Source of the DNA: an uncultured Oscillospiraceae bacterium
GTDB taxonomy: Bacteria > Bacillota > Clostridia > Oscillospirales > CAG-382
NCBI GenBank assembly: GCA_964525815.1
Contig: CAZGJQ010000001.1
Location: forward strand, 1-63,537
Length of the DNA stretch: 63,537 bases
Direction: 5' to 3'
Below the pieces are notes generated by a model that searched no databases, was not told where the DNA came from, and was given only the letters and a program-made list of their open reading frames with translations. The translations under genes and the position numbers were made by a program. This document shows positions 52,514-60,432 of the stretch, piece by piece (the first letter of the stretch is position 1; each line of letters starts with the position of its first letter).

Positions 52514-53992
52514 TTAATTCTTTAAATAATCTGTTACAGCTTTTTTTATTTGCAAAACAAACTGATGGTACATCGGAAGTAGACCATGTTCAGTATTGGG
52601 CGTAGCAAAAGTAAGGTCATTCCATTTTTCGGGATTTTTCTCTTGCTCTTGTAAGCATGATAAAAAACTCATGTTCTGCAAAACCATAAGCTCGATTTCC
52701 TTTAATGGAACAATTTTGACATGGCTATGTATATACTGTTTTTCCTCTTGCGTGATGTCGCCAACTTTTTTAATTCGCATTTCAAATACTTTATCATATA
52801 CTTTGTTTTTTGGAACCACAGCATCTTCTAATACAACGGCTACACCAAATAAATTCTTTTGGTCATAGCCCTTATCTAAATTAAAATGATTATCTGAAAA
52901 ATTTATTATTTGTTGATAGACCTGAAGTATTGCATCTGCATATATTTTAATTTCTCGTTCAATTTCTTCTTGGTTAAACTGTCGTATTTTCAAACTTGGC
53001 GATAATGCTTTAGTATCATAGAAAGTACAATAATCTCCTTCAGACACTATAACATCCGGCGTCCGAAATTCATTTCTGCCAATCGTATAAATAATTTCAG
53101 GACTAATCCATGTAACGCTTGGAATTTCTTTGTATATATCGAACAGATACCTTTCAATTACATCTTTTCCAAACTTTTTTCGCAACATATCGTTTCCTGA
53201 TGTGAGTCTATTTAACAATGATTCCGTAACTGCATTTATTACCAAATAAGGAGATGGAATATATGTGAATTTGGAATCCGAAACTAATGGATAAACATAT
53301 TGTATTTTTAATCCGTAATAATAATCTAATACATTGTCCTTATATAGTGTTGTCAATTCCTTCTTGTACTTATCCTTTTCGATGCACAACTTCTGAAAGA
53401 CGTTATCTATTTGAAACGCCTTTGCCAATAACCTCTGACATTCTTTAGCATCTCCTTGCTTATGTGCTTCATGGCTACAATATACAAATACTATATAAGC
53501 AAATATCATAAAATCGACATATGAAGCCTGAAACTTTTGGTAAAATTCCGACTTCATATCAATGTTAGAATTAGAAAAACCAAAGAAATAATTATAACGA
53601 AATAATTTCTGTAAAAATACGCCCTGTACGGGATGTTGTTGTAGAGCAGAAATCATCATAAACGTATCGGCATATGTTCCGTTTGTTTCTGCAAGTGTCA
53701 ACTCAGGATGCCAATAATTACGAATTTTTGTTATGATTTTTGAAAAAATTTCTGAATCTATTTGCTGGTCAACACTATCATTATCATAAATCACAGAAAA
53801 AGCCGCAAATGTTTCTAATTCCCAGGGCATTATATTCTGATTAAATGCTAGTTTCATATCGACTTCAGAACTACTCATTATCCTTGATGCAAACCGTTGA
53901 CACATCATCATTTTGCTATCAAATGAATATTCCTCCAATTCTTTTAGGAACGATAGTTTAGAGTGAGTTAAATCATCTTCGGGCATAAACAT
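52514..53992 (-). CDS. Hypothetical 492-aa protein, very AT-rich, with a possible PD-(D/E)xK motif
   Basis: Trimmed to ATG 53992, 6 nt after AGGAGG. No family was recognised. The candidate nuclease motif is RTPDVIVSEGDYCTFYDTKA. Confidence 0.6.
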   Translation of the reverse strand: MFMPEDDLTHSKLSFLKELEEYSFDSKMMMCQRFASRIMSSSEVDMKLAFNQNIMPWELETFAAFSVIYDNDSVDQQIDSEIFSKIITKIRNYWHPELTLAETNGTYADTFMMISALQQHPVQGVFLQKLFRYNYFFGFSNSNIDMKSEFYQKFQASYVDFMIFAYIVFVYCSHEAHKQGDAKECQRLLAKAFQIDNVFQKLCIEKDKYKKELTTLYKDNVLDYYYGLKIQYVYPLVSDSKFTYIPSPYLVINAVTESLLNRLTSGNDMLRKKFGKDVIERYLFDIYKEIPSVTWISPEIIYTIGRNEFRTPDVIVSEGDYCTFYDTKALSPSLKIRQFNQEEIEREIKIYADAILQVYQQIINFSDNHFNLDKGYDQKNLFGVAVVLEDAVVPKNKVYDKVFEMRIKKVGDITQEEKQYIHSHVKIVPLKEIELMVLQNMSFLSCLQEQEKNPEKWNDLTFATPNTEHGLLPMYHQFVLQIKKAVTDYLKN

Positions 53993-54046
53993 TACTTGCC
54001 TCCTTTGTTCAATCAAACAATATTCTACAAATTCTTGTTTGTTGGA

Positions 54047-54214
54047 TTAAACGCAAAGGCTCGCAGCCCACTCGTTTAACTCCGCTTTACTTACATTGCT
54101 CTTAAAAACTTTGCCGTCAACCAATTTAGCGTTCGGGCAGCTTGGGGCAAGTTTTTCGTTTGTCTTTCCCATAGCGCTACCGCCAGAAGTGGTAAACGGT
54201 ACAATGTTCCTCAT
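54047..54214 (-). CDS. Small ORF (55 aa) translationally coupled to immA-like gene
   Basis: Below the ORF-track cutoff. It has an ATGA overlap with the ImmA-like stop at 54211-54214 and translates as MRNIVPFTTSGGSAMGKTNEKLAPSCPNAKLVDGKVFKSNVSKAELNEWAASLCV. Confidence 0.3.
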   Translation of the reverse strand: MRNIVPFTTSGGSAMGKTNEKLAPSCPNAKLVDGKVFKSNVSKAELNEWAASLCV

Positions 54215-54753
54215 TTCAAAAAATCACTTCTATGCTCTATCCTGCGAAGGTTATAGCCGGTTTCAGCAAGATGGGCAATCTTCAAAGCAACAAGGTTAAT
54301 ATCGGTATTCATAGCCCTTGAAATTTGCTCTGATGTGTAATCGTAATGATATATATACTCAAGGATTTCATCGGTATCCAGCAGGATTTCAGAAGCCACA
54401 ATATTTGCTTCGTATTCCGGTTTAGTTGTCATATCGTATAGCATGAACTCCTTGATGGCTTTGCCTTTTGCAAGGTGGCGGTGTAATTGGTCGTGACCAA
54501 TCTCATGGGCACAGACAATACGCTGCATCCTCTCACTTAAATCTTGGTTAATAAAGATAAAGCGGTTTCTCTTAATTACCTTGTACATTCCTTTTAACGG
54601 TCCAATGTCTTCACAGAACAGAACCTCGATTCCAAGCTCGTCAGCAATACGGAATGGGTCTCTTGTGCCGCAGCGTTTGACAAGAGAACTGCCAACTTTG
54701 GATAGACTTTCAGCGTTAATAATCCCACCTCCCATCGTGGAATACTTTATCAT
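54211..54753 (-). CDS. ImmA/IrrE family metallopeptidase
   Basis: HExxH motif in VCAHEIGHDQLH. It lies immediately downstream of an XRE repressor gene. Confidence 0.8.
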   Translation of the reverse strand: MIKYSTMGGGIINAESLSKVGSSLVKRCGTRDPFRIADELGIEVLFCEDIGPLKGMYKVIKRNRFIFINQDLSERMQRIVCAHEIGHDQLHRHLAKGKAIKEFMLYDMTTKPEYEANIVASEILLDTDEILEYIYHYDYTSEQISRAMNTDINLVALKIAHLAETGYNLRRIEHRSDFLK

Positions 54754-54776
54754 CCTTTTCGTACCAAAAAGCGGAC

Positions 54777-55196
54777 TTATTCTGTTTCAGTTGCTTTTCG
54801 ATACTTTTTCGGTGTGTATTTTTTGTTCTTTTCCTTTGCAATCCAGTAAGCATCGTTCAGCGCCTTCATTGCTCCCTCGATAGCTTCCTCACTCAGCGAA
54901 CCACCGGCAAACATTCCGGTCACTTCACTAACAAGCTCGTCTATATCCCGGGCAGCCTTGGAACCGCCTTTTTCGTGAGCGTCAGCAACCATCATGCCGC
55001 TGCTGCCCAAAAGATACTCGGTTGTCGTACCCAGTGCGTCTGCAATCCTCTGAACAACCTCAATTTGATAAGGTCTGCGGGAACCGAGTTCGTAATTTTG
55101 AATTGTGCGGGTTGAGACGCCAGCCAATTTGGCCAGTTCCGCCTGCGTGATATTTGCTTCGCCTCTCTTTGCTTTCAATCGGTCTTTGAAAATCAT
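54777..55196 (-). CDS. XRE-family HTH repressor (ImmR-like)
   Basis: ITQAELAKLAGVSTRTIQNYELGSRRP. SD AAGAGGTG lies upstream. Confidence 0.85.
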   Translation of the reverse strand: MIFKDRLKAKRGEANITQAELAKLAGVSTRTIQNYELGSRRPYQIEVVQRIADALGTTTEYLLGSSGMMVADAHEKGGSKAARDIDELVSEVTGMFAGGSLSEEAIEGAMKALNDAYWIAKEKNKKYTPKKYRKATETE

Positions 55197-55220
55197 AAGG
55201 CACCTCTTTCTTTAATTTTT

Positions 55221-55367
55221 GCGAACACGAACACTTTTTCACAACATTCTATTGACGCGAAATTATGTTCGTGCTAAAATGTACTCACGAACACGCAATA
55301 ATGTTCGTTAAATTATCATACCACACGAAATTAAGAGTGTCAACAAAAACACGAAATATTGTTCGTG
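55221..55367. promoter_or_regulatory. Divergent promoter region with multiple CACGAA/TTCGTG (Cheo-box-like) operator half-sites
   Basis: Plus-strand promoter: TTGACG 55252-55257, 17 nt, TAAAAT 55275-55280. Minus-strand promoter: TTGACA (55338-55343), 17 nt, TATGAT (55315-55320). The 14-mers are CGAAATTATGTTCG (55258-55271), CGCAATAATGTTCG (55294-55307) and CGAAATATTGTTCG (55352-55365). Extra CGAACA half-sites lie at 55222-55233 and 55288-55292. Confidence 0.6.
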
Positions 55368-55402
55368 CAGATTTTTAACTTTTTTGTGAACGGAGGGTTT
55401 TT

Positions 55403-55663
55403 ATGCTAAACACACGATGCCGCAAGGCTTATGTTTCGGTTAATGTCGATATTGATGAGGAGGGTGGCCTTCATCCACGGCTTATCAGGTGGAAGGACGG
55501 GCTTGTATTCCAAATCGACCAGGTTTTATTCAAATGTCGTGCCGCCTCTAAAAAGGTCGGCGGCGGCGGAATAAGATATACCGTTATGATTAGAGGAAGG
55601 GAGTCGTTTCTATTCCATGAGGGTAATAAATGGTTCGTAGAAGCAAAGGAGGATTGCCAATGA
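55403..55663 (+). CDS. Small conserved hypothetical protein (86 aa)
   Basis: CGGAGGG SD lies upstream. The protein has a beta-rich pattern (LIRWKDGLVFQIDQVL...GGGGIRYTVMIRGRESFLFHEGNKWFVE). Its function is unknown. Confidence 0.6.
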   Translation: MLNTRCRKAYVSVNVDIDEEGGLHPRLIRWKDGLVFQIDQVLFKCRAASKKVGGGGIRYTVMIRGRESFLFHEGNKWFVEAKEDCQ

Positions 55664-56394
55664 TTTTATCTCACGCAAAAATTGAAGAAATTGCAGCAGC
55701 GGTCACAAAGGACTTCAACTTGTTTTTCTTCGGACAGGAAACGAATGAAGGAAAAAGGATGCCGCAAGTGACCCCTATTGACCAGTTTGCAAAAGAATAT
55801 CTTCACCTGAGTGTATCATTTGAAAATCTCTCCACGGATGGCAGCTTTTGTGGGTTGACGGCTTATGAGGATACGGAATACTCAATCGAAGAAAACGGAA
55901 TTGAAAGAATAATTCCATTAAAAAAGAATCAGGTTCTTTTGGATAGCAGTTTTATCGCTCCCGGCAATATCAGAAAACTCTGTGGCAAGCGTAGGTTCAC
56001 CCTTGCCCATGAATGTGCTCATCAGCTTCTTTTCCAACTGGAATCGGACGAGCAGAAGGCAGCGTGTTGCAAGCTATATACCGAACGCCGTACATATTCC
56101 TTGAGAGATTTGAAATCCAACGAGGATTGGAATGAATGGCAGGCAAATGCTTTGGGAGCCGCTATACTGATGCCGCAGAAGGAAATAGACCTTGCTATGT
56201 GGCGATTTGCACCAGACAGGATTATTCAAAACTATAATGGCTGGCTTCTCCAGCATGACCGTATGGCGGTCGAAATGATGTGCGGCACTTTTGGAGTATC
56301 TAAAGCTGCTCTTTTGATTCGTCTCCGGCACCTCGATTATCTGGAAGACCGACCATATTCGGAATATAAAGAGCCTTGGGAGGTGTGGGCATGA
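55660..56394 (+). CDS. Second ImmA/IrrE-like metallopeptidase
   Basis: Trimmed to ATG 55660 after GGAGG, with an ATGA overlap with the upstream ORF. HExxH motif in FTLAHECAHQLLF. Confidence 0.75.
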   Translation: MILSHAKIEEIAAAVTKDFNLFFFGQETNEGKRMPQVTPIDQFAKEYLHLSVSFENLSTDGSFCGLTAYEDTEYSIEENGIERIIPLKKNQVLLDSSFIAPGNIRKLCGKRRFTLAHECAHQLLFQLESDEQKAACCKLYTERRTYSLRDLKSNEDWNEWQANALGAAILMPQKEIDLAMWRFAPDRIIQNYNGWLLQHDRMAVEMMCGTFGVSKAALLIRLRHLDYLEDRPYSEYKEPWEVWA

Positions 56395-56633
56395 GAAAGA
56401 ATATCAGAGTTCAAGAACCATCACAAGAAATGCAACTGAAAATAATACGGGCAAGGACGGCAATAGCCTCACAAAAACAGCGAAATATCAAGTGCCCGTA
56501 TTGCTGCCACAATGCGATTACCGTCTATGAAGACACAAGAGGTCATGTGGAGGCGAAGTGCAAAAAATGCGGTTGTGTTACTGTCTTCAATGTGCTTAGC
56601 ATGAGAAGACTTCGCCACTATTTACACAAGTAG
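56391..56633 (+). CDS. Small zinc-ribbon protein (80 aa)
   Basis: ATGA overlap with the upstream gene. It has CPYCCH...CKKCGC (two CxxC pairs). Confidence 0.6.
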   Translation: MRKNIRVQEPSQEMQLKIIRARTAIASQKQRNIKCPYCCHNAITVYEDTRGHVEAKCKKCGCVTVFNVLSMRRLRHYLHK

Positions 56634-56700
56634 TTAAGAAAAAACTAAATATAGTTCATAGCTGAGCTGTGGAGCCGCCTGAAAGGTGTAGTCATCCCAA

Positions 56701-56815
56701 AAGCCGCATGAGATAGAAGTACGCAAGTATTTCTATTTTATCGGCACGGGAATTGTGACCACCCTCATGCGGCTCTTTTTTTGACCTTTCTGCTGTTCCC
56801 ATCAGCGGAAAGGTC
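56701..56815 (+). other. Two consecutive stable hairpins, the first nested and followed by a T-run
   Basis: P1 is AGCCGCATGAG (56702-56712) with CTCATGCGGCT (56764-56774), then CTTTTTTT. It encloses ATAGAAGTAC-GCAA-GTATTTCTAT (56713-56736). The second hairpin is GACCTTTCTGCTG (56783-56795) with CAGCGGAAAGGTC (56803-56815). Confidence 0.5.
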
Positions 56816-56923
56816 TTTATGTTATATACCCAATTTTGCCGTACAGTACGGCGTTGTCGTGGTCCTCCGCTTTGGAATTTGACTTCACCAAAAATCAAAT
56901 TTCAAAAAAACGGAGGAACCAAT

Positions 56924-57415
56924 ATGTCAAACAGATTTAACAAAACAAGCATTTATGCCCTTAACAAGAAATACCCGGATGCCGTCGTGTACCCGACTGC
57001 GGATGGGAAGCAGGTTCGTGTCACTTGTGACGACTTTCCGAGCGAAGCCGATTTTCTCGCTTTCAAAGAGTGGTCTGATGAAAACTTCCACGAGGAAGAA
57101 AACCTTGAACACAGAGAATCCAATCACACTTTGTCTATGGATGATTTGTCCGAAGCAGCTCTTGCCGTCCCTGCAGACGATGTTGCTATGATTCGTCGCC
57201 AAGAACAAGCTGAGAAACGCCGCAAAGAAAAAGAACTCGTCATTCAAATGAAGGACAAGCTCACGGACATACAATTCCGCAGACTTTGGATGTATTGCGT
57301 TGATGGTCTGGACACCTATGAAATTGGCGAATTGGAGGGGTCAAGCCACCAGGCGGTATCTAAGTCAATTCGTCTCGCAATAAAAAAATTAAAAAGATTT
57401 TCGCTGAAACCATAA
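56924..57415 (+). CDS. Sigma-70 region-4-like HTH protein
   Basis: Trimmed to ATG 56924 after CGGAGGA. The C-terminal LTDIQFRRLWMYCVDGLDTYEIGELEGSSHQAVSKSIRLAIKKLK is a sigma r4/LuxR-like HTH. Confidence 0.7.
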   Translation: MSNRFNKTSIYALNKKYPDAVVYPTADGKQVRVTCDDFPSEADFLAFKEWSDENFHEEENLEHRESNHTLSMDDLSEAALAVPADDVAMIRRQEQAEKRRKEKELVIQMKDKLTDIQFRRLWMYCVDGLDTYEIGELEGSSHQAVSKSIRLAIKKLKRFSLKP

Positions 57416-57871
57416 AAATGGGTTGCTAAAACGCCCCCAAAACGGCGATAGGTGAAGGAACAAAATCATGTGTCCTTCACCGCACCGAATGAAGTTACTT
57501 AAAACGAGTTCGTGCAACGGCTCCTTGACAACTGAATATTCACTCATCAGATACATTCCTGTGTACCACGAGCTACGGCAGGGTGAACGCCACGACCCTA
57601 TTTCATAGGCGAGCGACAATTCACCACAACCTGCGAGATTCGGATTGCTCCCGAACCGGCGACGACGGACACAGGGTTAATGATACTTCTGTAATTCGCA
57701 GCCCGGTCACAAAGAAGACGGGGAGGTTAGATTCCTATGGAACGGTCTCGCAAGCCGTCGTCTGATGAATCCCACTACCGGGGGCGGAGATAAATACGGT
57801 AATAAGCAAACATTCGAGGAGTGAGCCGCTAAGGTGGTTCGCTCCTGTACATAAAAGACAAAGGAGGCTTT

Positions 57872-58777
57872 ATGGAACTTAAAATTGACCCAGAATTTGA
57901 GGACAAGATACCGCCTCTTACAGCCGAAGAATTTCAGCAGCTTGAAAGTAATATTCTCGCTGACGGATTGGTGATTAGCCCAATTATCACTTGGAATGGT
58001 GTTATCGTGGACGGGCACAACCGCTACCGCATTGTGAGCAAGCACCCCCTCATTCAGTTTACCACTTGTGAGAAAGCCTTTATTGACCGATACGAAGCGA
58101 TTGCCTGGATTTGTAAAAATCAGCTCGGTCGCAGAAATCTTACTCTTAATCAGAAGAAGTATCTGATTGGAAAGCAATATGAGGTTGAAAAGCAAAGGCA
58201 AGGTACAAACAATCAGTACATTCAAGCCAAAAGTGAAAGTTCCCAGATTGGGAACTTTCACTCGACCGAAAAGACCTGTGACCGTATCGCAAAAGAAAAT
58301 AGCATCAGTAAAAACTCCGTGCTTCGTGCAGAAGCCTATTCAAAGGCAGTAGATATTGCCGATGAAATCGAACCCGGTATCCGAGCTGAATTTCTAAACG
58401 GCAGCATAAGAGCTACAGAGAAAGAGATTCATGCTCTTGCAAGAGCAGACCCTGAAGACAGACCGGCAATCATCGAGGAAATACGAAAACCGCCAGATGA
58501 CAAAAAGAAACCACCGTCCAAACCTATCGGAAAGCCATTGACCAAAGTGGAACAAGCATCCGTAGATATGCTGACCACCCGTGGTAAGGGTACGGTGGAA
58601 GATATGCTCTATGAATTGGAGGATTCTTTGGATTCCTTGATGTTTCGCTGGACAATGTGTCTTTCCAATAACCGAGATTACTTTTCTGACGAGAAGTATC
58701 GGTCTCAAATTCATCAGTTAGCCCATACAGGACTTAATTACTTACAAAAAATACTTATAGGAGAAATACCAAAATGA
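57872..58777 (+). CDS. ParB N-terminal (ParB/Srx) domain protein
   Basis: IITWNGVIVDGHNRYRI and RNLTLNQKKYLIGKQY. It has a strong SD, AAAGGAGG. Confidence 0.7.
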   Translation: MELKIDPEFEDKIPPLTAEEFQQLESNILADGLVISPIITWNGVIVDGHNRYRIVSKHPLIQFTTCEKAFIDRYEAIAWICKNQLGRRNLTLNQKKYLIGKQYEVEKQRQGTNNQYIQAKSESSQIGNFHSTEKTCDRIAKENSISKNSVLRAEAYSKAVDIADEIEPGIRAEFLNGSIRATEKEIHALARADPEDRPAIIEEIRKPPDDKKKPPSKPIGKPLTKVEQASVDMLTTRGKGTVEDMLYELEDSLDSLMFRWTMCLSNNRDYFSDEKYRSQIHQLAHTGLNYLQKILIGEIPK

Positions 58778-59556
58778 AGACAAAGAAGTTTATGTTCAAG
58801 GAAATCATGCTTTCCAGTGCTCAAATTGAAGTGCCGAGAGGGACATATCAGCGTAAATTCAACGCCCGGCGTGCTCTCAAAATTGCCGAGGATTTTGATG
58901 AGCGCATCGCCAACGAACCCAAGGTCAGCTATCGTGACGGAAGATATTTCGTTTTTGACGGTCAGCACACCATCGCTGCCCGTAAGCTTCGCAATGGGGG
59001 CAACGACCTCCAATTTAAGTGCAAGGTATACTTTGACATGACCGAGAAGGACGAGGCTATGCTGTTCGCACAGCAGACCGGAATTTCGGCTTCGCTTTCC
59101 GCCGGTGCTCGCATCCGTGCTTTGATTTTCGGCGGCGACCCTATTGCCATTGCTTTTATGGAAGCCAACAATAACATCGGCATCTGTTTGGATTACGACC
59201 AGGAGCGTGGACTGAACCGTATCGGCTGCATAAAGACCGCCTATGATGCCTACAACAGCATCGGTGAGGAACGCTACAAGGAAGCTATGCTCATCTTGAA
59301 AACGACTTGGAATGGCGAACCAGATTCCTTCCGTTCGGAAAATGTTATCGGTGTGACCCGTTTTGTTGACCTCTACCATGACGAATACTGTTCCCATCGC
59401 CTTGTGACCCAGCTCCGCTATGTTGATCCGCTTACCATTTATCGTGAGGGGCGAGCGACCGGCATCAACCTTGCGGGATACAAAAAGTATCTGTACCAGG
59501 TACTACGCATTTACAACGGCAACAGTAAGAAGAAGACCCTACCGTTGAAATTTTGA
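58774..59556 (+). CDS. Second ParB-like/DUF6551-like protein
   Basis: ATGA overlap with the upstream gene. YQRKFNARRALKIAEDFD...YFVFDGQHTIAA is a ParB-like nuclease fold motif. Confidence 0.65.
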   Translation: MKTKKFMFKEIMLSSAQIEVPRGTYQRKFNARRALKIAEDFDERIANEPKVSYRDGRYFVFDGQHTIAARKLRNGGNDLQFKCKVYFDMTEKDEAMLFAQQTGISASLSAGARIRALIFGGDPIAIAFMEANNNIGICLDYDQERGLNRIGCIKTAYDAYNSIGEERYKEAMLILKTTWNGEPDSFRSENVIGVTRFVDLYHDEYCSHRLVTQLRYVDPLTIYREGRATGINLAGYKKYLYQVLRIYNGNSKKKTLPLKF

Positions 59557-59634
59557 TATATCCATGTGGCGACTATGGCATTGCTGTAGTCGCTTTGACA
59601 TACCCGCTATGGAATGTAGAAAGGAACCTACCGT

Positions 59635-60015
59635 ATGAAAGATAACTGGAATTATCGTCGTGGTGACATTTACCTTGTTGACCTCGGCACAAATATTGGC
59701 TCGGAGCAAGGCGGTTGCCGCCCGGTATTAGCTATCCAAAATAATGTAGGAAATCATTACGGACCTACTCTAATCGTCGTTCCGATTACATCTCGCTTTT
59801 GGAAGAAAGCAAACCAACCCACTCATTCTGTACTTGAGGGAGTACCTAACCTTACAAGCCCCTCCGTGGTACTTACAGAGCAGATTATCACCATTGATAA
59901 AACAAGGGTGATGAAATATCTCGGAAAAGTCTCTGATGAGCAAATGAACAATATTGATAAGGCGATTATGGTCAGCCTGAATTTGGGACAGTCTTTTAGG
60001 GATTGCCCCATTTAA
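59635..60015 (+). CDS. mazF: PemK/MazF family toxin endoribonuclease
   Basis: RRGDIYLVDLGTNIGSEQGGCRPVLAIQNNVGNHYGPTLIVVPITS is the canonical MazF/PemK N-terminus. Confidence 0.85.
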   Translation: MKDNWNYRRGDIYLVDLGTNIGSEQGGCRPVLAIQNNVGNHYGPTLIVVPITSRFWKKANQPTHSVLEGVPNLTSPSVVLTEQIITIDKTRVMKYLGKVSDEQMNNIDKAIMVSLNLGQSFRDCPI

Positions 60016-60077
60016 GTTATACACATTAAGAATCAAAAAATCGCATAGAGATGTAGCTGGCTCGAAAGGAGGGCTGT

Positions 60078-60329
60078 ATGCAGGATTCGATGATTACCTA
60101 CATGAAGAATATTGACCTTAAAGATATCAACCGTGATGAGCTGGTGGACATCCGTGATGTTAAGGTAAATACGGCACTTCCCAAACGGGAGCGTGCCGTT
60201 GATTTTATCCGCCAGATTGGAAATCCATATTGCTACAAGCACGGCAAATATGTGGTAAAGGTCGGCTTCTCCGATACAGAGGTATCCTTGGAGGAACGAC
60301 TTGCCGGGTACATTCGCTCGAAGTGCTGA
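60078..60329 (+). CDS. Small conserved protein commonly preceding large serine recombinases (DUF6870-like)
   Basis: An 83-aa protein with VDIRDVKVNTALPKRERAVDFIRQIGNPYCYKHGKYVVKVGF. SD GAAAGGAGGG lies upstream. Confidence 0.6.
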   Translation: MQDSMITYMKNIDLKDINRDELVDIRDVKVNTALPKRERAVDFIRQIGNPYCYKHGKYVVKVGFSDTEVSLEERLAGYIRSKC

Positions 60330-60432
60330 CATCCTCGACAGCATGGGACGGAATAAGTAAAATACAGGCAGGACTAAAACGACGCTCCAAGCTCGGTGGT
60401 TTTGCCATTACTGAGATAAGGAGTGTACAATC

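Noticed and set aside
55258-55365. Calling the three 14-mers definite LexA (SOS) boxes.
   Set aside because: Each deviates from CGAAC-N4-GTTCG, and the extended palindrome CACGAA-N6-TTCGTG could equally be the operator of the adjacent XRE repressor. They are kept as a finding with both options rather than annotated as LexA sites.
57560-57610. On the minus strand, GGGTCGTGGCGTTCACCC looked superficially like the 5' part of a ZTP (pfl) riboswitch.
   Set aside because: The ACUGGCG element and the CCGCCUGGGC pseudoknot partner are missing, and there is no downstream minus-strand gene for it to regulate.
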